This document shows positions 21,175 through 30,853 of a DNA stretch of 64,000 bases, piece after piece. This stretch comes from an uncultured virus (IMG/VR IMGVR_UViG_2643221868_000001) (Duplodnaviria > Heunggongvirae > Uroviricota > Caudoviricetes). The notes beneath the pieces are model-generated. The model did not search any database. It was not told where the DNA came from and saw nothing but the letters and a program-made list of their open reading frames with translations. The stretch covers positions 1 to 64,000 of IMG/VR virus record IMGVR_UViG_2643221868_000001. One strand, given 5' to 3'. Positions within the stretch are counted from its first letter, which is position 1. Every line of letters starts with the position of its first letter. The translations under genes were made by a program, and so were the position numbers.

Positions 21175-21532
21175 GAAGCTTTTGCTCGCTCGTTCTGTTG
21201 GGTTATGCCTGTGTGCCGCGGCCCTTGCGGGCTGCATCCCATCCATGGGTGAGATGCGATCCACTGGGAGAAACCAGGTGGCCCTGACTTCGGCAAAGCC
21301 ACCTGAGCAACTCGCTGGCTGCATCTCCGCCGCGTGGTCATCTGGCGATGCACTGCCAGCCTCGACGCAGCGGACAGAGAAGGGCTGGACGGTCCACTAC
21401 ACCGTCAACAATACGACTCTGGCCATCGTCGATATTGAGCCGCAAGGGCGAGGAAGCGCGGCAACCTACGTCGCCCTTAGCGACCATGGCGGAGGCGGGC
21501 TGTACCTGCCGAAAGTGCGAGCGTGCGCCTAA
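21173..21532 (+). CDS. Lipoprotein moron (possible superinfection exclusion)
   Basis: Lipobox LAGC; antisense between the tape measure and Dit-like genes. Confidence 0.7.
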   Translation: MKLLLARSVGLCLCAAALAGCIPSMGEMRSTGRNQVALTSAKPPEQLAGCISAAWSSGDALPASTQRTEKGWTVHYTVNNTTLAIVDIEPQGRGSAATYVALSDHGGGGLYLPKVRACA

Positions 21533-24500
21533 CGACGGGCGACACGACGCTGGGCAAGGGCCTGTTGCCCCTGTGGGCTCCGGATGCCCTGTGCGGTGAT
21601 TTCTGCAAAGGTGATTTCCGGCTTCCGGCCGCCCTGCCCGTCATCAACTTCCCTAGTTTCGGCCCGATAGCCATCTGGCGGGATGATGTTAGGGGCGAAG
21701 ATGATCTGCTGCTGGGACCCATTCGCCGGCGGCGCCATCCAAGTCGGCGCATTCCCGACATATCCGCCGTCAGCCCAGCCACGACGGTTTGTCCGCATGG
21801 CTTCCAGGCTTGCGACGCCGATCCGGGCCGTGGCGGCGGCATCGAAGACGTACTCACCCTTATGGACCGGGCCAGCGACCTCGTTCCGCCCGCCTGAGCC
21901 AGTGAAGCCACCATTGGCGAAGCCGGGGCCGTAGAGGGCCGGGTTGGAGGCTCCACGAGCGCTCGCAGCTGCGATGTCCGTACCGGCGCCCCCGCCGAGG
22001 CCAATGGCGCTCATGATGGTGCTCAGGAAGCCACCGCCTGCACCTGAGCCACCCGCCCCCGCGAACAGGTTCGACATCACGCTATCAGCAGCTTTGGAAA
22101 GCAGCTTGTCGGCGAGGCGCCCCGTGATGGTCTCCAGCGACTTGACGAGCGTCGTGCCCTGGCGCAGGTCCGTCAGCATGGAGCTGAAGGCGTCGGTGGC
22201 GAGGGACTTCGTTTCGCGGAGGTTGTCGTTCAGGCGCAGAGCATCCGCCTCAACCGAGTCCAAGCCGAGGCCTGTGCCGCGGAGGCGCGACGCCACAGAC
22301 TGCTCTTGCTGTGTACGCCCGATCTGCGCCCGGTCGAACAGGGCATCGCGACCGATGCGGCTATTTTCCAAGTTCGCCTGTGCCTTGGCGTAGGCCTCCG
22401 CCGTCTCGATGATGACCTTACGCTGCGTCTCCATCTCAGGCGTCAGCTGCGAGGCAGATGCCTTTAGGAGATCCTGGGAGGTGGCGAAGGTCCGCCCGAG
22501 AGCGCCGGCCCGCTGCAGGTCGTCGTTCAGCAGTTCCTGGATCTTCTGCCGGCGCGCCTCGGCCTCGGTGGTCTGATCCGTGAGAGTCGCCTGCTGACGA
22601 AGGGTGGCGACTTCGCGCTCGGCCGAGCGGATCGACGGAGCCCCCTTGTTGATGGCTCGATCCGCATAATCGATGACGCTCCCCACCGTGCGGCCGCCGC
22701 CGACGATCGTCGGATTGGCGCGCGCTGCGTCAGCACCAAGGATGGACGCTGCGCTCGTCCCGCGATCGGCCTTGAGAAGGTCAACGGCGCCCTGGGCGCC
22801 CGCAAAATGCGCGAGGTAGAGGTTGCGGTCGGTCGTCGCGAGACCGGCCTTCTCCAAGGCCCGCGAGTTCTGCTCGGTAAGGGCGCGGATCAACTCGACG
22901 CTATCGCCGCGATCGGTTCGACGAGCCAGTATTTCATCCCGCGACATGCCAGCGGCACGCTCCGGGAAGCGCTCCTTGTACAGGCCGAGCCACGTCTTTT
23001 CGATGAACTGGCCAAGGCCGGTTGCGGTCGAAAGCGGGTTCTTGGCGGTCGTGTCTCCGCTGCTCTCAGCACCGATGACGCGCTCCATGTAGGAGCTGAT
23101 GCTCTGCGAACGTGTGGCCTGAACCTCCGTCGTCTTTTTCAGGCTGTCGATCGCGAGGTTCAGGTTCTCGGTCAGGCCTTCGCGCTCCGTGATAGCGCGA
23201 AGCGCGACGTTCCGCTCCGAAGCAATCGTCTGGAGCTCACGAGAGTCGAGGTTCGGATTGTTCATCCGCTCGTTGAAGGGCTGTGAGATGGTCTCACGCG
23301 TCGCGCCCGGCGCGAGGTTCAGCGCCCGGATCTTCTCATCGTACTGGAAGCGCAGATCGGCGATCTGACGATCGACCGGGTTTGCCCGATCGGTCGCCAG
23401 CTGATTTTCGGAGCGGGCCTGTCGATTGGCGGCGGCAACCGCAGGGCTGCCGAAGCGCTCGATGTCCTCGCGCGTGTTGCGCGCTTGGGTGCTCAGTTGC
23501 TCGAAGGCGGTGCGCGCCTGCGCCAGCAGTCCGGTATCCAGCCCGAACTTTACCGGGTCCGAGATTGCCTTCCGCAGTAGCTCGACGCGGTTCTGCGTGT
23601 CGCTGAAGGCAGCATTGGTCGGATCAAGCTCGCGGACAATCCCGCCGATCTCACGCGACCGCGCGGCAGCGCCGGCCCGTGTCGCCGCTTCCTGTTGCTT
23701 GCGCTGCTTGTCCAGCAATTCGTCAAGCTTCTTTTGCTCGGCGGCCGGATCACGTCCAGAGATAGCGCTGCGAAATGAACCGACGCGACTTGTCTGAGAC
23801 GCCCTAGCGATCTCAACCGCCTTCTGAGCAGACGCAATTCTATCTTCCAGCGATCCGCCCGTAATACCCTTGTCAATAGTCTTCCCGATACGGTCCCAGA
23901 CGTCGGCAACCACCGCCCCGACGGTAGAGGTCATACGCCCCCAGCCTGAAGTTAATTCGGTCGCGTCGGTCAAGCTTGCTTTGTAGGCATCAAATAGCAC
24001 TCGCTGAGCCCCAAGACGATCGCCCTGGGACTGAAGCCGGCGGATCGTCTCCGACGTCCGATCATTTAGGAACCCCAACTGGCTATTGAGGGCTTCCGCG
24101 CCTTTGGCCGGGTCAGCGAATGCCGCCGCCAGGGCCTTGTTCGCATCGCCCAGATCCTGGCCGGTGGTGGCTGCGTAATCCTTCGCCGAGCCGATAAGGC
24201 CAACGTACATCTCTGTGCCGATTTTGCCCGTGGCGGCGTACTCGCCAGCCATCTGACGAGCCGAGCGGATGGATACGTCGCCAGCATCGGCAGCGGCAGG
24301 GGCCAGAGCGCCGATGGCAGCGCTAGTAGCCCCAGACGCCCGACCTAGCCCGGCGAGGTTTCGCTCAAGCTCCTTCTGCGATGAGGAATACGAAAGCCAT
24401 GCGGCGACACCGCCGAGCACAATAGCCGTTACACCGCCGATGGCGCCGCCGACCAGCCCGATACGGCCAAGGAAGCCAGAAGCCGCCTCACCCGCCTGAG

Positions 24501-25170
24501 ACAGGGCTCCCTTCACGCTCGCGCCGCCGGGGCCGGCAAAAACCTGCGCGATCTGCGGCCCCTGCTGCATGGCGATCATGCCGAGGCCGGAGCCGCTACC
24601 AAGCTGAGCAACGATATCGCCGCCCTGATAGAGGAGGTTCTGCGCCTGATCCGCGCGGAGGCGCCCGTTCTGATTGGCCGCCGTCGGCGCGGTCATGCCG
24701 GGTCGCACTGGCACCGAACCATCCGAAGACAGGCCGGAAAGGCGGCCCACGGGCGTCATGGCCCGCGAAACAGCATCGCCGGCCGCGCCGAGGTTCTTCC
24801 ATGCCGCGGCAGTACGATCCGCCGCGCTGGCAGACGCACCGAAGCGGGCCTGAAGCAGCCCGAGGGTCCGGTCGTAGGTAGCGGTATCGAGGGCTCCCTG
24901 CTGAAGTCCGCGGTTCAAGGTAGAGGTCTGACGCTCCAGCATCTGCTGAGCGCGAAACGCTTGGTCGACCGAGGCGCGCACGCGATCAGTCGCCGTGCTC
25001 ACGGAAAGCATGCGGCGGGACGCAGTCTCCGTCGTGACGGCGGTCCGCTCCGTCGCCTGACCGAGGTTGTCCTGAGCGGCAGCGGCTGACTGAGCATCGG
25101 TCTTGAACTTCTCCGCACCCTCGGAGATGTAACTGACCTTGATGCTGCGGACGGTATTCAGGGAGACCAT
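21529..25170 (-). CDS. Tape measure protein with a lytic transglycosylase domain
   Basis: 1213 aa, helical; lambda-type QNLLYQGGDIVAQL..QQGPQI; IGAESSG..TATGLGQFIEKTW..YLAHFAG; GPVHKGEYV. Confidence 0.9.
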   Translation of the reverse strand: MVSLNTVRSIKVSYISEGAEKFKTDAQSAAAAQDNLGQATERTAVTTETASRRMLSVSTATDRVRASVDQAFRAQQMLERQTSTLNRGLQQGALDTATYDRTLGLLQARFGASASAADRTAAAWKNLGAAGDAVSRAMTPVGRLSGLSSDGSVPVRPGMTAPTAANQNGRLRADQAQNLLYQGGDIVAQLGSGSGLGMIAMQQGPQIAQVFAGPGGASVKGALSQAGEAASGFLGRIGLVGGAIGGVTAIVLGGVAAWLSYSSSQKELERNLAGLGRASGATSAAIGALAPAAADAGDVSIRSARQMAGEYAATGKIGTEMYVGLIGSAKDYAATTGQDLGDANKALAAAFADPAKGAEALNSQLGFLNDRTSETIRRLQSQGDRLGAQRVLFDAYKASLTDATELTSGWGRMTSTVGAVVADVWDRIGKTIDKGITGGSLEDRIASAQKAVEIARASQTSRVGSFRSAISGRDPAAEQKKLDELLDKQRKQQEAATRAGAAARSREIGGIVRELDPTNAAFSDTQNRVELLRKAISDPVKFGLDTGLLAQARTAFEQLSTQARNTREDIERFGSPAVAAANRQARSENQLATDRANPVDRQIADLRFQYDEKIRALNLAPGATRETISQPFNERMNNPNLDSRELQTIASERNVALRAITEREGLTENLNLAIDSLKKTTEVQATRSQSISSYMERVIGAESSGDTTAKNPLSTATGLGQFIEKTWLGLYKERFPERAAGMSRDEILARRTDRGDSVELIRALTEQNSRALEKAGLATTDRNLYLAHFAGAQGAVDLLKADRGTSAASILGADAARANPTIVGGGRTVGSVIDYADRAINKGAPSIRSAEREVATLRQQATLTDQTTEAEARRQKIQELLNDDLQRAGALGRTFATSQDLLKASASQLTPEMETQRKVIIETAEAYAKAQANLENSRIGRDALFDRAQIGRTQQEQSVASRLRGTGLGLDSVEADALRLNDNLRETKSLATDAFSSMLTDLRQGTTLVKSLETITGRLADKLLSKAADSVMSNLFAGAGGSGAGGGFLSTIMSAIGLGGGAGTDIAAASARGASNPALYGPGFANGGFTGSGGRNEVAGPVHKGEYVFDAAATARIGVASLEAMRTNRRGWADGGYVGNAPTWMAPPANGSQQQIIFAPNIIPPDGYRAETREVDDGQGGRKPEITFAEITAQGIRSPQGQQALAQRRVARR

Positions 25171-25521
25171 CTACTTCTTCCTCCCCTCGTCCAGCTTCTT
25201 CGCGATGTAGCGTCGCCACTCGTCGTCCATCGCCCGGACCAGACGGCAGAACCGGTCGAATTCTTCGGTGGCCAAGATGCCGAACCGTTCGGCGTAGCGG
25301 TCGATCGACGCGAACTGGATTGGCCCCGGCGAGCCGAACCCCAGTTGCCGGTCGCCGGAAAGCCGCCAGAAGGCGTCCCAGGCGAAGATCAGGTGCTCGG
25401 GGAGGTCTGGACGGTCGATGAGCGCTTTTGGCTCAATCCCATCTTCTTCGGCCAGATCGGCCAGCCACTCGGCCCGCTCGCCCCACTCCAGCTGCCAGCG
25501 GAGGGCGGCGGTTAGTTTCCC
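25171..25521 (-). CDS. Tail assembly chaperone frameshift extension (gpT-like)
   Basis: The -1 frame from GGGAAAC (25521-25515) is open to TAG at 25171 and reads GKLTAALRWQLEW...AFWRLSGDRQLGFGSPGPIQFASIDRYA. Confidence 0.75.
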   Translation of the reverse strand, partial: GKLTAALRWQLEWGERAEWLADLAEEDGIEPKALIDRPDLPEHLIFAWDAFWRLSGDRQLGFGSPGPIQFASIDRYAERFGILATEEFDRFCRLVRAMDDEWRRYIAKKLDEGRKK

Positions 25522-25922
25522 TCCGCGTCCGTGACGCTGAGGTCAGCCTCATCAGCGACGACGCTGGCGGCCCAGAGCACGGCGCTGCGAAAGCGGGCGA
25601 AGTCCGGCTCGGTGAGCAGCTGGAGGGCGAGACCCGCCGAATACGGCACCGCCTCCCCTTCGTCCCCCGTCAGTCCACGCCAGTCCTCCAGAACCGCCTC
25701 GTGGAGGCATTCCGAGACGATCCGGTCGCGGGTATCGGGTTCGAGGCCGCGGACCTTCTTCTGCCGCGGCACCGCCTCGACCTTTTTATCCATGAGGCGC
25801 CGGTACTCGGTGTTGCCGAGACCGCGAACCTTCAGCTCCAGGCCATCCATGTCGGGGATGTCCCTGACCCACTGCCCCTGTTCGAGCTTGGCGGAGTCGG
25901 TCTTGAGGGCGGAGAGCTTCAC
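25512..25922 (-). CDS. Tail assembly chaperone (gpG-like)
   Basis: GTG start at 25922; LKVRGLGN and VLEDWRGL motifs; ends at slippery G GGA AAC TAA. Confidence 0.8.
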   Translation of the reverse strand: MKLSALKTDSAKLEQGQWVRDIPDMDGLELKVRGLGNTEYRRLMDKKVEAVPRQKKVRGLEPDTRDRIVSECLHEAVLEDWRGLTGDEGEAVPYSAGLALQLLTEPDFARFRSAVLWAASVVADEADLSVTDAEGN

Positions 25923-26119
25923 GCGGCAGTGTCCTTCTTCGTGGGGGCGGCAGGCGCGGTCGGCGCGGGCTTCGCCTCGATTTCCTTGGCCAGACCCTTC
26001 TCGACGAGGAGGTCGGCGAACTCGTTGGACACCTCGGGCTCGTCGCCCTTGGTGAAGCGCTTCTCGTCCTTGCCGTTCGGGTAGCCGTCGAACGTCTCGG
26101 TGATGCGGATGGTCTTCAT
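25919..26119 (-). CDS. Small virion-region protein
   Basis: 66 aa; coupled to both neighbours. Confidence 0.6.
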   Translation of the reverse strand: MKTIRITETFDGYPNGKDEKRFTKGDEPEVSNEFADLLVEKGLAKEIEAKPAPTAPAAPTKKDTAA

Positions 26120-27051
26120 CAGGCAACCCCACGGGTGATCTGGAGGGATGCGCCGGTGGTGGCATCGAGCACGGCCCGGTAGGGAATGCTCACCATCACA
26201 TCGTCGCTGTTACCGCCTGGCCGGCGCTCGCCGTTGCCGAGGATGATCTTGGGGAGCAGGAAGGTGTACTTCTGGTTCGTGGCGTTGCCGACCGTGAAGG
26301 TCAGGGCCGCGCTGCCGTGGTCGAGCACCTTCTGGTACAGCTCGTTCGTCTCGAAATAGCACTCCAGCGTGCCGGTGACCTCGCACATCCCGTAGCCGAA
26401 GGAGTCGGTGTAGAGGTTGCCGACGACCGGCCGGGTGCGCAGGTTGTTGTTCACCTCCAGGGTGAGGCTGCGGACCTTGGCCGGATTGGTAAGGCCAGAG
26501 ACGGTCAGGTTCGCGACGTTGGCCGAGGCCGTTGAGATCGGCGTCGCTCCCGAAGCAGCATAGGTCGAGCCGGTGACGATCGCGGTGTCCAGCAGCTCTT
26601 TCTGCGCCATGATGGTCGCAGAGCCTGTGATGGCCGCGCGTGCCGTGATGGCGAGGCTGAGCATGCTCACCATGGCGCCGGTGAAGCGCGAATAGGAGCG
26701 CGCCGCGCCGCCGATGTTGATGGTTTCCTCGAACGAGAACGACTTCACGTCGGTGCCGTTTTTCAGGACGTTGGTCGTCCAGGTGCCGAAGAGAGCGCCC
26801 TCGAGCATGTCGTCGAGGCTGCCGTAGCTCAGCTCGAAATTGTAGGCTCCCGAGACGTCCTGGCCGAGCTGGAACTCGTCGCGGATGTTGCGGTCGGACT
26901 GGATCTCATCCGACGTGCCGGTGGTCTTGTTCGTCCGCGGCCCGCCGCCGGTGGAGCGGAACGTCTTGAACGAGGGCGTTGCCGGGGTCACCCCGTAGGT
27001 GGCCTCCGCGACATAGGCGATCCGTCGGCTAGAGCCGATTGCGATGGTCAT
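26119..27051 (-). CDS. Major tail tube protein
   Basis: AYVAEATYGVTPA, SDEIQSDR and LEVNNNL motifs; position in operon. Confidence 0.85.
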   Translation of the reverse strand: MTIAIGSSRRIAYVAEATYGVTPATPSFKTFRSTGGGPRTNKTTGTSDEIQSDRNIRDEFQLGQDVSGAYNFELSYGSLDDMLEGALFGTWTTNVLKNGTDVKSFSFEETINIGGAARSYSRFTGAMVSMLSLAITARAAITGSATIMAQKELLDTAIVTGSTYAASGATPISTASANVANLTVSGLTNPAKVRSLTLEVNNNLRTRPVVGNLYTDSFGYGMCEVTGTLECYFETNELYQKVLDHGSAALTFTVGNATNQKYTFLLPKIILGNGERRPGGNSDDVMVSIPYRAVLDATTGASLQITRGVA

Positions 27052-27088
27052 GATGTGCTCCAGGGGTGAGGCGGAGAGCGATCAGCGC

Positions 27089-27499
27089 TCAGCCGAGGAT
27101 GTCCGCGGTGTACGGGACTGCGATGGACAAGGTGAAGTACTTGCCGTTGTCGTTCCGGTCGTCGATCGCCGGAGATGACGGGGCGAAGGTCTGGACACCA
27201 CCGAACTCTTTGGCTCGGAAGATCGCGGCGATTTCATCGGCCCATTGCAGGCCATCCGAGACGCCCTTGCCACGCTTCGCGTTGATCTCGATGCGGAAGG
27301 CGCCTTCCTCGCGGTAGACGTTCTCTCCCGGTGCTCCGACCGTCAGCTGATCGCCATTCGCAACGGGATAGGACACCTGCAGGAATGGGCTGTTATCGAC
27401 CGGCGTGTCGCCAACCGTGTTGAGGCCAACGACGGGACACCGATCCCATTCCGATGCGAGTTTGGCCTCCACGGCATCGACGACGAGCTTCAGCGGCAT
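27089..27499 (-). CDS. Tail terminator-like protein
   Basis: Size and position upstream of the tube gene; ADEIAAIFR motif. Confidence 0.65.
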   Translation of the reverse strand: MPLKLVVDAVEAKLASEWDRCPVVGLNTVGDTPVDNSPFLQVSYPVANGDQLTVGAPGENVYREEGAFRIEINAKRGKGVSDGLQWADEIAAIFRAKEFGGVQTFAPSSPAIDDRNDNGKYFTLSIAVPYTADILG

Positions 27500-27502
27500 C
27501 GG

Positions 27503-28183
27503 TCAGCGCCCCGGATCGATGTAGATGGCGGGCTGACGGGTGAGCCAGTCGCGGCGCTTATTGGCGCTGCCGCCTCGAACGTCTTTGGCGAGCTTGGCGG
27601 CCGATGCGCTATCAGCCCATTTGCCGACCGCGCCGCCAGGGAACGACCGGTACGAAAAGCCGACATAGGCGATGTTGCCGAACCGACGCTTCGCGAGAGT
27701 GGCGACCGCCTGATAGACGCCCTCCGGCGCCTGCTGGCTCTGCCCGCGCTCGATTTTACGGCTATACGGCTGCGCGTTAAGCGCGATGTACGACTCGGCC
27801 GGCGGCGGGTTCTGCGGGTCCATCTCGACGTTGTCGGCGAACCAGACGTGGCTGCGGGCGTACCGCTCGGTCTTGACCGGCGAATGGATGATAAGCTGCT
27901 CGTCCACCCACTGGATCACGTCGATCAGCAGGTGGAACTCGATGCTGACGATGCTGCGCGGGTTGATGCCCTGAAGGCTCTCGCGCTTCGCCCCGTCGAT
28001 GAACGTGTCATGGTCCGGCACGTAGCCAAGCGCTTGGCGGTTGATGTCCTGCGCCTCGGTCAACGCCTCGGTGGCGAAGGTCGCCAGTTGAGCGCTCTGC
28101 ATCTCGGGCGAGAGTTCTTCGTTGAGCATCACCGCGATATCGCGAGAGATCGGGTCGAGACGAACCGATGTCCGGCCGACCAT
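27503..28183 (-). CDS. Neck / tail completion protein (HK97 gp10-like)
   Basis: SPVKTERY..SH and NAQPYSRKIE.GQSQQAPEGV motifs. Confidence 0.7.
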   Translation of the reverse strand: MVGRTSVRLDPISRDIAVMLNEELSPEMQSAQLATFATEALTEAQDINRQALGYVPDHDTFIDGAKRESLQGINPRSIVSIEFHLLIDVIQWVDEQLIIHSPVKTERYARSHVWFADNVEMDPQNPPPAESYIALNAQPYSRKIERGQSQQAPEGVYQAVATLAKRRFGNIAYVGFSYRSFPGGAVGKWADSASAAKLAKDVRGGSANKRRDWLTRQPAIYIDPGR

Positions 28184-28512
28184 CAGCCGGTGATCCACAA
28201 ATTCCAGCGCACCACCTCACCACCGACACGGACGGGGTTTGCGACTTGGATGGTGCGGTAGCGTCCGCCGACTGTGAGGCCGCCGAGGCGAGCCGGATCG
28301 ACCGTGAGGCCCGTAGGCGAGAGGACGACCTCGCTGTCTCCCTGGTTGATGCCGCCGGAGAGCTCGTCCGGCTTGTAGCCCCGCACGAAAGCGCGAAGCG
28401 TCAGATCCTGCGAGCCGTCGTCGGGCGCATCCTGGCCCCGCAACACGACGTCCTCACCCTTCTTGGCGAGTTGCCGATCTAGCTTGGCGATCTCATGGGC
28501 TGCGAGGCTCAT
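28183..28512 (-). CDS. Head closure / head-tail joining protein
   Basis: Position; RAFVRGYKPDEL..GI.QGD motif. Confidence 0.6.
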   Translation of the reverse strand: MSLAAHEIAKLDRQLAKKGEDVVLRGQDAPDDGSQDLTLRAFVRGYKPDELSGGINQGDSEVVLSPTGLTVDPARLGGLTVGGRYRTIQVANPVRVGGEVVRWNLWITG

Positions 28513-29162
28513 GCGAACAGCATCCGCCGGTACTGAGACAGGATGGATTCGGCCTCGGGATGCGGGAGCGCGGCGTTCGCGCCCTGGACGTAGAAATCGG
28601 TCTGCCCGACGCCGTCCGTTTGCTCGCTCTTCACTGTGATATCCCGGCCCGACATGGACGCCGCGACCCCAACTAGCTGGATCACAGCGCGCTCGATGTC
28701 GGCCGGGAGATCCTCGGCAAGGGAGGTGACGCCGTTGACCTCGCGCTCCTCACCCGGAAGCAGCCACCCGGCCTCGTAGTCGATCGCGAGCCGCGAACCG
28801 CGCCAGCATGTGCGCTCGCCCGCCAGGGTCAGAAAAACTTCGCGCCCACCGACGACCTCAAAGGCCTCCGGGGCGTAGGTGACGCCATCAACGAAGGCAC
28901 CGAGGATGCGAACGACAGGCCCGCGGTCGAGGAGGATTCCACCATCGTCCGTGCGGTAGCCGCAGAGATTGACCCGCTCGCGCACCGTTTCCCTACCGAA
29001 GACGCGCCGGCAGTAGGAGGCAGCCTGCTGCGAGGCCTGGTCGATCCAGCGATCCAGCTGAGCATCTGCGGGGGAGCCGGCAGGCAGGCCGAGATCTCCG
29101 CGCGCGTTCGCAGCCGTGGTGAGGCGCTTCTGTGCGGCCGGCGTGAGGACGGTGACGCTCAT
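28509..29162 (-). CDS. Head-tail connector (gp6-like)
   Basis: DQASQQAASYCRR, YEAGW, LPADIERAVI motifs. Confidence 0.75.
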   Translation of the reverse strand: MSVTVLTPAAQKRLTTAANARGDLGLPAGSPADAQLDRWIDQASQQAASYCRRVFGRETVRERVNLCGYRTDDGGILLDRGPVVRILGAFVDGVTYAPEAFEVVGGREVFLTLAGERTCWRGSRLAIDYEAGWLLPGEEREVNGVTSLAEDLPADIERAVIQLVGVAASMSGRDITVKSEQTDGVGQTDFYVQGANAALPHPEAESILSQYRRMLFA

Positions 29163-29827
29163 CAGTTGCAGATCACTCTGATGGTCACGGGGGTAGACGG
29201 AGCAGGCTCAAACGGCCCGTCCGTCAGAAGCAGGGTGCCCTTCGAGCGCTTCACCGCGACGGTGGCGCCCGACAGGGTCTGAGCCGTCACACCGCCGACG
29301 ATCATCTGATTGCCGGACCACGTGGGGATGATGTCGACATCGGCCGCCGATGTGCACGCGGCCCAAGTGAACGTGGCGACCGGGGCCGTCAGGCTTGCGC
29401 TCGAGGTGGCGGTGTAGCGCTCGACGCGCTTCGGGGCGCCAGCGGCGCCGGTCGCGCCCGTTTCGCCCTTTAGTCCCGCGGCTCCCGGCTGTCCCGCAGC
29501 GCCAGCGTCGCCTTTCGGGCCTGCGACTCCAACCGGACCCTGCGGGCCTGTTCCCCCGGCGGCACCCGCGGGGCCAGCAGCACCCGCTGCGCCCGGAGTA
29601 CCTGTGTCGCCTTTTTGTCCGGCATTTCCTGCATCTCCCTTTGGGCCGGCAACGCCTGACGGACCGGGATTTCCCTGCGGCCCAACCGCACCGGGATCGC
29701 CTTGAGGGCCTGCAGGACCGGTGCGCTGGACACCGTCGCCCATCATGGGGCTGATGGAGCGCAAGGTGCTCTCGGCCGGCGATACGAGCCCAAGGCTCAG
29801 GCATGCGAGAAGCCACAGGACGCGCAT
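29162..29827 (-). CDS. Collagen-like protein with signal peptide
   Basis: About 32 consecutive G-X-Y triplets after a hydrophobic N-terminus. Confidence 0.8.
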   Translation of the reverse strand: MRVLWLLACLSLGLVSPAESTLRSISPMMGDGVQRTGPAGPQGDPGAVGPQGNPGPSGVAGPKGDAGNAGQKGDTGTPGAAGAAGPAGAAGGTGPQGPVGVAGPKGDAGAAGQPGAAGLKGETGATGAAGAPKRVERYTATSSASLTAPVATFTWAACTSAADVDIIPTWSGNQMIVGGVTAQTLSGATVAVKRSKGTLLLTDGPFEPAPSTPVTIRVICN

Positions 29828-30330
29828 CAGCCGCCGTTCCCGTAGTTGAGTTCTAGGTTGCAGTCCGCCGATGGGGCAGCGAGCGCCATGATGGAGACGA
29901 ATCCGGGGCTGGACGTGCCGAAGGTCTCAGCAGAGCGCGCCATCACCCGGACGCCAGTGGTCGGCGTCACCTGCTGCGTGAGATCGGCGACGCGGCGAGC
30001 GCGAATGTCGACGTTGCAGGGGTTGATGATGCGATAGCTCGTAACCGAGGCGGGCTTGTCGACCTGGAATTGCTTCGGGGTCGTAGTGATGCCCGCGAAG
30101 ATGATCGGGTCTCCGCCGTTGGCGAATGAAAAGGGCGTGGAGAGGACGGTGAGCGGGGTGGTGGGACCGCCGCAGGGAAGCGCCTCTCGTGCCTTCCCCG
30201 TGGCGCAGTAGATGACATTGCCCAGAATGGGAGTGCCGTCCGGCTGCTGCCAACCGTTGTAGAAGCTCTGCGCCGAGACCACGCCCGTCAGAGCGAGCAG
30301 GGTCGCAATGGTGAGGATGATACGGCACAT
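29827..30330 (-). CDS. Secreted hypothetical protein
   Basis: Signal peptide ending VSA-Q; coupled to the collagen-like gene. Confidence 0.6.
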   Translation of the reverse strand: MCRIILTIATLLALTGVVSAQSFYNGWQQPDGTPILGNVIYCATGKAREALPCGGPTTPLTVLSTPFSFANGGDPIIFAGITTTPKQFQVDKPASVTSYRIINPCNVDIRARRVADLTQQVTPTTGVRVMARSAETFGTSSPGFVSIMALAAPSADCNLELNYGNGG

Positions 30331-30335
30331 GTGGG

Positions 30336-30614
30336 TCAGTCCCGCGCTACGGGGCCGCGACGGCCACGAGGCTTGGCGTCGTTGTCGATCATGGCCTCAG
30401 CTTCGAGGGGCGCCTTGCCTGCTTCGGCTGCGACAGTCTCCGGCGCCTCGTCGGCGTGAGCGGAGCCGTCCAGCATCCGAGCGAAGCCGTTGGCCGTAAG
30501 CTCGACCGCGTGCGGACGCTCAACCTCATAGGCAGGGCTGTGAGAATGCTTGGTCTCCGCACCCTCGTTGTACGAGGTGAGCGGCTGAACCATCACGGTG
30601 TCAGATTTTGCCAT
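30336..30614 (-). CDS. Small post-capsid protein, homologous to 36920..37150 and 55248..55478
   Basis: VMVQPLTSYNEG..YEVERPHAVELTANG aligns with VIVQPVRTYLEG..YQVSRSRAVELRGNG. Confidence 0.7.
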   Translation of the reverse strand: MAKSDTVMVQPLTSYNEGAETKHSHSPAYEVERPHAVELTANGFARMLDGSAHADEAPETVAAEAGKAPLEAEAMIDNDAKPRGRRGPVARD

Positions 30615-30691
30615 GTCGGCAGACCCCTGTGAGAGGGAGGCGACGGCGCGAGGGCGCCGCCGGTCGTTGATGGAGAGGCTCACGCCGCCGA

Positions 30692-30787
30692 TTAGACGAC
30701 GGTGGTGAGCTGGCCCTGGACGAAAGCCGCCGGGCGGTAGACGGCGAGCGCGAGGCGCTCCTCGGCGCGAATGGTGATCATGTTCTT
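30692..30787 (-). pseudogene. Helper major capsid gene, C-terminal segment (aa 414-444)
   Basis: Translates KNMITIRAEERLALAVYRPAAFVQGQLTTVV*, a typical HK97 capsid C-terminus. Confidence 0.9.
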
Positions 30788-30798
30788 TGGCTGAGAAA

Positions 30799-30835
30799 TA
30801 TCAACGACTTAGCGGCCTATGGGCGCGCTATGGGA
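30799..30835. promoter_or_regulatory. IHF-consensus site and integrase arm repeats, Element 1 integrase end
   Basis: TATCAACGACTTA (30799-30811) matches WATCAANNNNTTR; ATGGG at 30819 and 30830 (11-bp spacing). Confidence 0.65.
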
Positions 30836-30853
30836 ACATGCCGTTTCGTTTTC

